Below, in pieces: positions 1 through 8,372 of a DNA stretch of 32,000 bases; the stretch's first letter is position 1; each line of letters starts with the position of its first letter. The stretch lies in contig CAKTSY010000002.1 in the NCBI GenBank assembly GCA_934613415.1, forward strand, positions 406,709-438,708, given 5' to 3'. A model generated the notes under the pieces. That model did not search any database and was not told where the DNA came from. It saw nothing but the letters and a program-made list of their open reading frames with translations. This stretch comes from an uncultured Opitutales bacterium (GTDB lineage Bacteria; Verrucomicrobiota; Verrucomicrobiia; Opitutales; Intestinicryptomonadaceae). A program made the position numbers and the translations under genes.

Positions 1-597
1 GCCGTCGCGCTTTATTTTTGCAATTTTGGGCATCATTGCCGAAAGCGCGTTTATGCCCGACCTTGCCTTTTGCACGGTGCGCTCCTCCAAAAATTCGCCC
101 AAAGCCATCAAAAAGGCTATTTCGCCCGCAACAAATATGTAGCTGTGGCCGTGTTCGCCTTCGCCCGAATAGCCGAAAGCGCATAAAATCTGCAGCGCAA
201 GCGAGGCGAATATTGCAACCGTTACCAGCACAGGGCTTGATATTTGCCTATTTTTTAACATATTAAAAGCTTCGCTAACTATGGGCAAAGCGCAAAAATA
301 TATTGCAACCCAAGAAGGGTCTGCAAAGCCCATAAGCGGGAATTCATAGCCGTAGGCAACGCAAATAAAACTTGCAGCCAACGCCAAAAACGAAATCCAC
401 AATTGCGACTTTTCGCTTAAAAGTCCTTCGCTTTTATGTGTAGAGCAGCACGAATGCGATTCGTCTTTGTGCTTGTGGTTGCCGCAACAGCAGCACGAAT
501 GTTCGTGTTCGGCTTCGCTGTGGCAGTGTTCATGTTCCTTTGCCGCCGCGTTGTGCTTGTGGCAGCAGCAGTGTTCGCTATGATTTTCGTCTTTCAT
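1..597 (-). CDS. Heavy-metal translocating P1B-type ATPase, N-terminal part (gene continues past the left edge)
   Basis: Absent from the ORF track because it is open at the window edge. Minus-strand translation from the ATG at 597-595 gives MKDENHSEHCCCHKHNAAAKEHEHCHSEAEHEHSCCCCGNHKHKDESHSCC (a His/Cys-rich metal-binding tail). TM helices follow, then GEIAFLMALGEFLEERTVQKARSGINALSAMMPKIAKIKRDG, which is typical of CadA/ZntA/CopA-type pumps. The start lies 2 nt after the stop of the upstream CsoR-like gene. Confidence 0.85.
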   Translation of the reverse strand, partial: MKDENHSEHCCCHKHNAAAKEHEHCHSEAEHEHSCCCCGNHKHKDESHSCCSTHKSEGLLSEKSQLWISFLALAASFICVAYGYEFPLMGFADPSWVAIYFCALPIVSEAFNMLKNRQISSPVLVTVAIFASLALQILCAFGYSGEGEHGHSYIFVAGEIAFLMALGEFLEERTVQKARSGINALSAMMPKIAKIKRDG

Positions 598-598
598 A

Positions 599-871
599 CT
601 ACGATACTTTCTTTAAATGTTCTATCAATTCGTCTACAAGCTTTGTGTCTTTGTGGGCTAGGGCGTTGGATATGCAGCCTTTCATATGCGCGCTTAAAAC
701 TTCTAGCCATACGCCGTGCAACGCGCCCGATGCCGAGTTTATCTGGCGCAGAATGTCTATGCATTCAGCATCTGTATCTATCATTTTTTGAAGTCCCCTC
801 ATTTGGCCTTCAAGCCTTTTAAGGCGGGTTATAAGTTTTTTCTTTTCTTCGGGTGTTCTACAGTGCGACAT
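599..871 (-). CDS. CsoR/RcnR/InrS-family (DUF156) metal-sensing transcriptional repressor
   Basis: 90 aa, all-helical. Ligand pattern is His3/Cys4 ... Cys37 ... His62 ... Cys66, with C-x25-H-x3-C spacing as in CsoR. It sits immediately upstream of, and in an operon with, the metal ATPase. Confidence 0.85.
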   Translation of the reverse strand: MSHCRTPEEKKKLITRLKRLEGQMRGLQKMIDTDAECIDILRQINSASGALHGVWLEVLSAHMKGCISNALAHKDTKLVDELIEHLKKVS

Positions 872-911
872 AACTATTTGTTTTTTAATAACAGTTTTTT
901 CTGAAATTATT

Positions 912-937
912 TATAGGGTATGGGGGTATACCCTATA
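912..937. promoter_or_regulatory. Candidate CsoR-family operator: 10-bp perfect inverted repeat around a G5 tract
   Basis: TATAGGGTAT-GGGGGT-ATACCCTATA at 912-937, located 41-66 nt upstream of the repressor start codon (871). A G/C tract flanked by AT-rich inverted repeats is the known operator architecture of this family. Confidence 0.6.
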
Positions 938-1003
938 AAACGGAAAGTCAACAAATTTTAAAAAATTTTTTGAGGAAAAACAAAATTTCGGTTGCAACTG
1001 AAT

Positions 1004-1036
1004 GCAAAAAAACGCCCGAAATATTGTTCGGGCGTT
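1004..1036 (-). terminator. Rho-independent terminator downstream of the nucleoside hydrolase gene
   Basis: Stem AACGCCCGAA (1011-1020) / TTCGGGCGTT (1027-1036) with a 6-nt loop. On the minus strand it is followed by a T-run (plus-strand A-run 1005-1012). Confidence 0.7.
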
Positions 1037-1064
1037 AAATGTGCAAGCTTCGCTGGATTTTAAG

Positions 1065-2081
1065 TTAAGGCTCTTTGGGCGATAAAACCGCGGCGTCTAG
1101 CGCATCGGTAACAAGAGGTTCTGAGCCTTTCTTTAGTATAAGGAAGCGGTGTTTGCCGTCTTTGTTTGCCGTAAAATCGGTTCTAATTTTATCGTTTACG
1201 CAAACAGTTCCTCGTTCCGATATGTCGAAAATTTCGGGGTTAAAGACGTATAACACGCTTGTTAAGTCCCACGTTCTGGCGTTGCCGTGCACGCCTGCAT
1301 ACAGTATATAGGCTTCCTTTAAGGGGTTCTTATCGGAAAGGGCATTTAAAATTTTCTTGCCCGTAACGCCCACTTCTTCGCCCACTTCAAAGCCGCTAAA
1401 AACAATGTCTACAGGGCAGTTTTGCACGAAATAGCGTGCTGAATTGGGGTCGTTATAAACGTTAAATTCGGGATTGTTGCGCTTAGCTCTTTTAGAAAGC
1501 CCGAATTGTCCCGCCATAACCGAAAAAAACTTTACTTTTTTTGCAACAAGTTCTGTTCCGCTTAGGGGGGAAATGTCGTCGGGGGCGGACTTAAGCAGGG
1601 CTGCAACGTTTGTAGAAAAGCCAACGCTAATATATACAACGGAGTTGTCGGCACACTCAGACAATGTTTTTCTTGCAAGTTTTACGGGGTCTATTAGCTC
1701 GTATCCGTTAAATATGGTGCGCTTGTATTTGTAGGAGTTGTCGGCATTTTTTGCGTTCGCAATTTTGCCTATAAACTTTCCGTTTGGGTGCTCGTTTTTG
1801 TGTGCCGTGTTTTTTGGGGCATTTTTTGCTGCCGCTATGGGAACGTTTATGTTGTAGTGGCAGTTTTGTATGGAAACGTATACCGCAGAATAGGGGTTGT
1901 CTTTATTGATAAGAATTGCCTTTATGTCGGCAAGGCCCTTTTGCTGGTAGCCGTATAGCATATTTAAGGCCAATGCATCGTCTACGTCGTTGCCCATATC
2001 GGTGTCGAAAATTATGTTTGTTTTAGCCTGTGCAAGCGCGCAAACAAAGCACAATGCAAATGTAAAAAAAATCTCTTTCAT
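1065..2081 (-). CDS. Secreted nucleoside hydrolase (inosine-uridine preferring, IUNH family)
   Basis: N-terminal signal peptide MKEIFFTFALCFVCALAQA, then the family signature IIFDTDMGNDVDDALAL (DxDxxxDD). Confidence 0.85.
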   Translation of the reverse strand: MKEIFFTFALCFVCALAQAKTNIIFDTDMGNDVDDALALNMLYGYQQKGLADIKAILINKDNPYSAVYVSIQNCHYNINVPIAAAKNAPKNTAHKNEHPNGKFIGKIANAKNADNSYKYKRTIFNGYELIDPVKLARKTLSECADNSVVYISVGFSTNVAALLKSAPDDISPLSGTELVAKKVKFFSVMAGQFGLSKRAKRNNPEFNVYNDPNSARYFVQNCPVDIVFSGFEVGEEVGVTGKKILNALSDKNPLKEAYILYAGVHGNARTWDLTSVLYVFNPEIFDISERGTVCVNDKIRTDFTANKDGKHRFLILKKGSEPLVTDALDAAVLSPKEP

Positions 2082-2464
2082 GCAAAAAATTTTTGGCTAC
2101 TTTAAAAAGATAGTCAAATTCAATAATGCAAAAATTTGGCATACATTTTATAGTTGAAAAAAGACGAAGCAAAAAAGTTAGACAAATCTAATATTTTTTC
2201 TTGACAAGTTAGAAGCGCCTAATTTTATTTGGCGGGAAAATGAAATTCGACTCCGACAAAAAGGCAGAAAACTGTGCGGCGCAAAACAAAGGCAGCAGCA
2301 GCAGTGCCTGCGCAAATTGCAAAGGCGGCGTTGGCATTGTAAAAAGCCCTCTGGGAAAACTTGTCTCGGCAATGGGGGCTAGGGCAACATTCGGCGGCCT
2401 GAAAATTTTTTGCAAATAAAGTTAGATTAACCTAATAAATTTTTATAATACAAAACCAACAAAA

Positions 2465-3727
2465 ATGAACAGCATAAACAACAAAGTTATAGCAGCCTCG
2501 CTAGGCTCGATTTTAACTATGGCTACTTTTGCCAATGCACAAGAAGCCGTACAAACTCTGGCAAAAGAGGAAGCGCCGCAGTCGTGGTACGAACGCGACA
2601 GCCTCTTTTTGGCTTCGGCAACCGAAAGCGTTTCCGAAAAGACGGGCTTTACCCCCGCCCTTACCTGGACGGGAGAAGTTTGGGGCGACGTTTCCAATAA
2701 AAACAATATGAATTCGTTTGTAGACTCGCTCTTTACTATAGAAGTAGAGCAGGATTTGTCGGTATTGTCGGGCAAAGACAATATGGGCAGAATCGGCGTT
2801 AGCGCATTCTACTACAACCAAACCCACGGCGGCGCGTTGGAAAATGTAGACTCTTCGCAAGGCTACATAAGCAACATTGTTGCCGGCGATATGGCAAGGG
2901 TTTTCGAAATCTACTACGCCAACGAATTCGAAACAAAGGCTGGTACTTTCGGCTTTAGAATAGGCCAGCTTGCAGCCGACGAAGACTTTATGGGTATGGA
3001 TTATTCCGACACATTCTTGAATTCGTCTTTCGGCGCAATGCCCAACATTGCTCCCGGCAATTTGTTCTCGCAATACAACGTTGCAACTCTTGGTTTGGTT
3101 GTATACTACACCTACGACAATTTCGACGCAACGTTCGGCGTATATAACGGCAACATCGGCGAAGACATTTCTTCGAACAACGGTTTCGACTATAAAAATA
3201 CTTTCGACACGGTTGCATTTTGGTATCAGTTCGGCTACAACTACAAAGTTGGCGGATTGGACGGCCGCGTAATGGTTGGTGGCAACTATCACAGCGACCC
3301 GAGCAAGGCTAACTTCGAACAAGGCACAAAAAGCAACTTCTATTCGTTCTATGCAGGCATTCAGCAGGCACTGGTTAACGACGACGAAGGCAACGCAAAA
3401 TTCGGCGTATACGGCAGAGTTGGCTTCGTTCCCGATGCAGAACAATCGGACAACAACTTCTATGCCGACTTCGGCTTTAACTGGTTTGCCCCCATTCCCT
3501 GCAGAGAAAACGACGTATTTGCGGCAGGCTTTTCGGTTATAGAAAACGAAAGAACGGCCCGCGACGACTATGCGCACTACGAAGGTACTTTGGAAGTTAC
3601 ATACAGATGCCAAATTACCCCCGCAATCTCGTTCCAGCCCGATTTCCAAATTTACTTTAACCCGGCAACTCGCGACGACTGCGGCGCAGTATATGTAGCG
3701 GGCGCAAGGCTTGAAGTTGTATTCTAA
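2465..3727 (+). CDS. Outer-membrane carbohydrate-selective porin, OprB family
   Basis: Signal peptide ending ...TMATFANAQE. The motif FRIGQLAADEDF matches the conserved OprB segment (RLGQLAADDEF). Alternating beta-strand pattern and a C-terminal ...ARLEVVF ending in Phe. Confidence 0.75.
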   Translation: MNSINNKVIAASLGSILTMATFANAQEAVQTLAKEEAPQSWYERDSLFLASATESVSEKTGFTPALTWTGEVWGDVSNKNNMNSFVDSLFTIEVEQDLSVLSGKDNMGRIGVSAFYYNQTHGGALENVDSSQGYISNIVAGDMARVFEIYYANEFETKAGTFGFRIGQLAADEDFMGMDYSDTFLNSSFGAMPNIAPGNLFSQYNVATLGLVVYYTYDNFDATFGVYNGNIGEDISSNNGFDYKNTFDTVAFWYQFGYNYKVGGLDGRVMVGGNYHSDPSKANFEQGTKSNFYSFYAGIQQALVNDDEGNAKFGVYGRVGFVPDAEQSDNNFYADFGFNWFAPIPCRENDVFAAGFSVIENERTARDDYAHYEGTLEVTYRCQITPAISFQPDFQIYFNPATRDDCGAVYVAGARLEVVF

Positions 3728-3770
3728 AATTTCCTTTTTTGGTACGATTTTTATCTGTTGAACAATCTTC

Positions 3771-3802
3771 ATGCGCACTCTTTTAGGGTGCGCATTTTTT
3801 TT
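3771..3802 (+). terminator. Rho-independent terminator after the porin gene
   Basis: ATGCGCAC (3771-3778) / GTGCGCAT (3788-3795), followed by a T-run to 3802. Confidence 0.75.
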
Positions 3803-3848
3803 GTTGCGTTTGCCCGCCTAAGGCGCAAAAAATTCATTAAAAAAAGAT

Positions 3849-4238
3849 ATGTGGCAAATATATGCATTGCTTTCGGCGTTTTTTGCGGCGCTTACCGCCA
3901 TATTGGCAAAAGTCGGCGTATAAAACGTAAATTCCAATTTGGCTACGGCCGTAAGAACAACCGTTATTTTGGCCTTTACATGGGGCATTGCCCTTTGCAC
4001 CGTGCCGCTAAAATCCGGTTCGGCAATAAGCTGGCACACCATGCTTTTTTTGGTGTTGCTGGGTTTTGTAACTGGGGCATCGTGGTTGTTCTACTTTAAG
4101 GCGCTGCAGTTGGGCGATGCCTCTAAAGTTGCCCCTGTAGACAAGCTTAGCGTTGTTGTGTTGGGTGAACCTTTAAGCTGCAAAACGCTTGTAGGCGGGC
4201 TTTTAATAGTTGCAGGCCCGCTTGTTTTTGCATTGTAG
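3849..4238 (+). pseudogene. Small 4-TM EamA/DMT-family transporter interrupted by an in-frame TAA
   Basis: The ATG at 3849 gives MWQIYALLSAFFAALTAILAKVGV, then TAA at 3921-3923. The same frame continues NVNSNLATAVRTTVILAFTW...YFKALQLGDASKVAPVDKLSVV. The ORF track only shows the 3939-4238 part. The last-but-one helix also looks shortened (KLSVVVLGEPLS). Confidence 0.55.
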
Positions 4239-4253
4239 ATGCGCCGCGCGCTA

Positions 4254-5465
4254 TTATTTGCCCAACAAAGTTTCGTAAAGTTTTATATAGTCTAAAAACC
4301 TGTCTTTTTCGTCGAATTCGGCAAGTGCCTTTTTTCGGCAAGCTTCGGCGTAGTTAGATTTGCCATTTTTTAATATTTCGCCTATTGCATTCAACAAGGC
4401 GGTTAAGTTGCCTTGTTCAACTATAATCCCCGTCTTAGCGTTTATAGATTCTGGGCAACCGCCCGTGTTGTACGACACAACTGGTGTTGCGCACGAAATC
4501 GCCTCGCGATTCACCATTCCAAGAGCTTCAAGGTAGGTCGGGTTTGCAAATACATCGGCAATCGAATATAGCTTTGCCAGTTCAGCTTGGTTTTCGGTAC
4601 GTTCTATGCCTATTATATTGTGTTTTGCCAGCTCGCTTTTTTGGGATTTATTTACGCCCACTAAAACTATTTGCGCGTCGTTTAGCCTTTGGGCAAGATT
4701 TATAAAATCGTTGTAGCCTTTGCTTTGGCTCCACACATTGGCAACGCCCAAAACTATTTTTTTATCGGGCAAGGCAAACTTTGCTTTTATATTTTTTAAG
4801 TCTGTTTGCGGTGCAAAAAGTTTGGTGTTTATGCCGTTGTGTATTACAACGCTTTCGCGGTTTGAAAAAATCGACTTTTTAAGAAGATTGTCTAGCCAGT
4901 GCGAAACGGGCACCATTGTAAGATTTTTTGCATTTTGCGCAAAACGCTTTTTGCATAGAAAATTGTTTTTTGAATTGTCGAACAAAAGCGATTTTGGGTA
5001 GTCGTGCTTTTTGGGGCAGTTGTGGCAAAGAGTTTGCCACTTTTTGCAGTTGTCAAAATGCGCGCAATGCCCCGTAAACGACCAGCAATCGTGCAAAGTC
5101 CAAACAACTTGGGTGTCGATTTTTAAAAGAAATTCGAATAAGTCGGGGCAGTTTAAATAATATCCGTGCAGGTTGTGAAGGTGTATTATGTCGGGCTTTT
5201 CGGCTTTTATAAGGCTAATTAAACGCTTTGTTGCAAGTTTGGAAAACGGCGAATCGCTGTCGAAAAAGCGTGTCCAAGCAACATTTGCAAAAATTTCGGC
5301 ATTGCTTGCCAACTTTGCTTTTTTCAGCCGGCTAATTCTTTCTTTTCTGCCGAATGCCGATATTGCCTTCCAGCCGAGATTTTGGGCTGCAACGCCAATG
5401 CTTTCTACAATCTTTCCCGTAGAGCCGCAGTTGCCAACCGTATTTACCTGTAGCAAAGTTTTCAT
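4254..5465 (-). CDS. Glycosyltransferase, GT4 / group 1 family
   Basis: The likely start is the internal MKTLLQVNTVGNCGSTGKIVE (ATG at 5465). The 69-codon N-terminal extension in the ORF track looks non-coding. C-terminal motif: FANPTYLEALGMVNREAISCATPVVSYNTGGCPE. Confidence 0.8.
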   Translation of the reverse strand: MKTLLQVNTVGNCGSTGKIVESIGVAAQNLGWKAISAFGRKERISRLKKAKLASNAEIFANVAWTRFFDSDSPFSKLATKRLISLIKAEKPDIIHLHNLHGYYLNCPDLFEFLLKIDTQVVWTLHDCWSFTGHCAHFDNCKKWQTLCHNCPKKHDYPKSLLFDNSKNNFLCKKRFAQNAKNLTMVPVSHWLDNLLKKSIFSNRESVVIHNGINTKLFAPQTDLKNIKAKFALPDKKIVLGVANVWSQSKGYNDFINLAQRLNDAQIVLVGVNKSQKSELAKHNIIGIERTENQAELAKLYSIADVFANPTYLEALGMVNREAISCATPVVSYNTGGCPESINAKTGIIVEQGNLTALLNAIGEILKNGKSNYAEACRKKALAEFDEKDRFLDYIKLYETLLGK

Positions 5466-5592
5466 AATACTTATAATAAGTATGCAAAATTGCACTTTAC
5501 AATGCAAGCAATCTATGGCGCAATTATTTATTGCATTTTTAAAAATTTGCCGGTGAAATGCGAAAACTATAACACAAGCTTGCACTCTAAAT

Positions 5593-6716
5593 TTGTTTTC
5601 TATGTACAACAAAAACACCCTAGCTCGCCAAAGCAATTTCGAATTGTTGCGGCTTCTTGCCATTTTCAGCATTATTATTTCGCACGTTGCATTCCACGGG
5701 TGCGATATACGGTCTATAGATTATATGATGCCTTCGGCGAGCGCGCTGTTTGCAAAACTATGTACTCTTGGCGGCGAATTTGGCGTGGATTGCTTTATTT
5801 TGATTTCGGGATATTTCCTTTGCGGGCAACAGTTTAAGCTTTCAAGGCTGGTAAATTTGTTTGTGTTTGTATTTTTATATTCGGTTTCGTTGCTGTTGGT
5901 TTATATCGTAATAGTCAAATGGTTTAATTTGCCCCTTACATTTTCTGGCAAAGACATTCTAAAGTGCGTTTTCCGATATCTATGTGGACATATTGGTTTA
6001 TAACGGCATACGCAATATTGTATGCAATGTCAGCACTGTTAAACGCTGTTATCGACAATATAGACGAAAAGGTTTACAAGACGCTTTTGGTAGTTGGTTT
6101 TTTATATGTTTGCATAAGACCAATGCTTTTTGTTTCCGATACTTCTGCTATTGTCACTTTTGTTTTCCTATATCTGCTCGGCGCATTTGTTAAGAAACAT
6201 AAAATAAAGATGCTTGAAAAGCGACCGCTTTGCATAAATATTTGCACGCTTTTTTGTGCGGTTTCATTTACCTTGCTTGCAATATGTTTGGCCGTTGTGT
6301 TTGGTCAAAGGCTTTTGCTTAAAGCAGCATCGTATCCTATGGCAAACTACAGCTTTTTTATGGTTGTATTGTCGCTTTCAATATTTGCGGTGTTTAGCAG
6401 ATTGCAGATTAGTTCACATTCTGTAAACTATGTAGCAAAATCGGTTTTTGCGGTTTACATAATACACGAACACCCCTTGCTTAAAGAGATTATCTGGCAA
6501 TATATTTTCCCTTTAAAAGATTATATGGGTTCAAAATGGTTTCTTTTTGAATTTGTGTTTGCTTGCGCGGCTTTGTTTATTGCTTGCTTTGCGGCTGATT
6601 TGCTGCGGCGAAAGGTTGCGGAAATTTTGCGCATAAATGTTTTATATTCAAAACTTATCCAAAAAATAACCCACGTTATAGAAGCTTTTTTCGGGTTTTT
6701 AACGTCTAAAATTTGA
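5593..6716 (+). pseudogene. Acyltransferase family 3 (OafA/NolL-like membrane O-acyltransferase), frameshifted as assembled
   Basis: Two overlapping ORFs, 5593-6003 and 5964-6716, in different frames. The first carries NFELLRLLAIFSIIISHV and GVDCFILISGYF. The second carries WTYWFITAYAILY and further TM helices. The junction is between 5928 and 6000, most simply at the T4C2 run 5969-5974. Confidence 0.7.
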
Positions 6717-6825
6717 GGCTGCAAAATTTTAGAGTGAGTTTTTTAACATATTGCATATAAATAAGTTAAAAATATTTAATTTTTTTGTTGATGTGGGCAA
6801 ATCGCTTGGGTAGAAACTCTCGCGT

Positions 6826-7542
6826 ATGAAAAAAACTGTTATATTTTGTTCGGTGGTAGTTGCCCTCGCTTTGATAGCGTGTGCTGCAATTTTGGTTAAA
6901 CCTAGCATTGTTTTGCGCAATGGTAGCGGGGTAAGGGTAAAGGGAACGGCTGTTGCACGCGTGCAAAGCGACGCTATGGCGTGGTCGGGCTCGCTAGACG
7001 GTGAACTAAAACCCACAATAAAAGAGGCGGTTTGCCAGGTGGAAAAGCACGCCGCTTTGGCAAAAGAGCTTTTTGCAAAAAACAAACTGGGCAATGTGGA
7101 ATTTAGCACAACCCGTTGGTTTACAACCTACAAAAAAGTTGACGGCAAAGAGACAAACGAAATAGAAGGATATACCGCTTCAATATATCTTTCGTTTAAG
7201 CCCAAAACTTTGGAGCAGGCAAAAAAACTTTCCGAGTGTATTGGCGAATTGCTTAAAAACAACGTTTCGGCATATGACAACGGAACAAGCTACTTCTATA
7301 CAAAGCTTGAATCGCTTAAAATGCAGTTGCTTGAAAAAGCCGCCGCCAACGCAAAGGAAAGGGCGCAAAAACTGGTTTCGGGCAGCGGTTCTAAATTGGG
7401 CGGCGTAATTTCGGCCTCGCAGGGCGTATTTCAAATCACTCCCCCGCTTTCGACCAATACAAGCGATTGGGGCACCTACGATACTACTACCTGCGAGAAA
7501 GACGTAAAGTGCGTTGTAACTATGGAGTTTGCCACAAAATAA
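6826..7542 (+). CDS. SIMPL-domain (DUF541) periplasmic/membrane-anchored protein
   Basis: N-terminal anchor MKKTVIFCSVVVALALIACAAIL. Typical SIMPL features: LLEKAAANAKERAQKLVSGSGSKLGGVISASQG. Confidence 0.7.
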   Translation: MKKTVIFCSVVVALALIACAAILVKPSIVLRNGSGVRVKGTAVARVQSDAMAWSGSLDGELKPTIKEAVCQVEKHAALAKELFAKNKLGNVEFSTTRWFTTYKKVDGKETNEIEGYTASIYLSFKPKTLEQAKKLSECIGELLKNNVSAYDNGTSYFYTKLESLKMQLLEKAAANAKERAQKLVSGSGSKLGGVISASQGVFQITPPLSTNTSDWGTYDTTTCEKDVKCVVTMEFATK

Positions 7543-7564
7543 TTTAAAAAAATTGGGTACACTT

Positions 7565-7603
7565 GGCGGCATATCCGTTTTTTTTTGATATGCCGCTTTT
7601 TTT
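7565..7603 (+). terminator. Rho-independent terminator after the SIMPL gene
   Basis: GGCGGCATATC (7565-7575) / GATATGCCGC (7587-7596), followed by T7 (7597-7603). Confidence 0.7.
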
Positions 7604-7720
7604 GCGCGCCAAATTTTGGAAAAAGGCACAAAAAGGCAAGTTTTTGAAAGGAACAACTATTTACAGCTTTGAAAATTTTTTGTACCATATTGCGAAAACA
7701 AAAATTCAAGAAAACAAACT

Positions 7721-8287
7721 ATGGAGCTTAAGGAATTTTTAGATTATGTAAAACTGCAAAAACCGCTTAATACGTCCGAAATTTTTGCCTTTATGAACAA
7801 GGCAAGCGAAAGGGCGCGCAGCATTACTTTTAAGCTTAATTCGGCATACAAAACGCAAGGCGAAATTAGGGAAATTTTGTCGGAGTTGTTCGGGTATAAG
7901 GTAGAAGAAATCCTTAGGGTATTCCCTCCTTTTTACAGCGACTTTGGGCAAAATATAAAGATTGGCAAAAACGTTTTTATAAACGCGTGCTGCCAGTTTC
8001 AAGACCACGGCGGCATAAGCATTGGCGACGGCTGCCAAATTGGCCACAGCGTTGTTTTTGCAACGCTTAACCACGGCATTTTGCCCGAGCAAAGGCAATA
8101 TACAATTCCGGCTTTTATAACGCTTGGCAAAAATGTGTGGGTAGGCTCTAACAGCACAATTTTACAGGGCGTAAATATTGGCGACAACGCCATTGTGGCC
8201 GCAGGGGCAGTTGTTGTAAAAGACGTTCCAGCAAACACAATAGTTGGCGGCGTTCCTGCAAAAGAGATACGGAAAATCTGCCAATAG
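7721..8287 (+). CDS. Sugar O-acetyltransferase, Maa/LacA hexapeptide-repeat family
   Basis: 188 aa. N-terminal Mac-like region, then left-handed beta-helix hexapeptides ([59 protein letters not shown]). Confidence 0.85.
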   Translation: MELKEFLDYVKLQKPLNTSEIFAFMNKASERARSITFKLNSAYKTQGEIREILSELFGYKVEEILRVFPPFYSDFGQNIKIGKNVFINACCQFQDHGGISIGDGCQIGHSVVFATLNHGILPEQRQYTIPAFITLGKNVWVGSNSTILQGVNIGDNAIVAAGAVVVKDVPANTIVGGVPAKEIRKICQ

Positions 8288-8372
8288 TTTTTTTGCTTTT
8301 TACGAAACCTTTTTGTTTATTGGGTGTTTTATTGGGCATAAACCAATCCCAAAAAAATAAAAAGGTTTTTAT

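Noticed and set aside
436-904. Plus-strand ORFs (436-822, 540-791, 716-904) across the metal operon.
   Set aside because: They are antisense to the clearly homologous ATPase and CsoR-like genes. Their translations are Cys/Phe/Val-rich junk produced by the complement of His/Cys codons.
2513-3778. 421-aa ORF on the minus strand, as long as the porin gene it overlaps.
   Set aside because: It is an antisense shadow of the OprB-family gene. The translation is low-complexity (Val/Arg/Cys-rich), has no signal or motifs, and lacks a plausible start context. The plus-strand product has clear family motifs.
5466-5672. 69-codon N-terminal extension of the GT4 ORF (ORF-track start at 5672).
   Set aside because: The extension has no glycosyltransferase similarity and would run through the divergent promoter region. 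The family-typical N-terminus (MKTLLQVNTVGNCGSTGKIV) starts at 5465.
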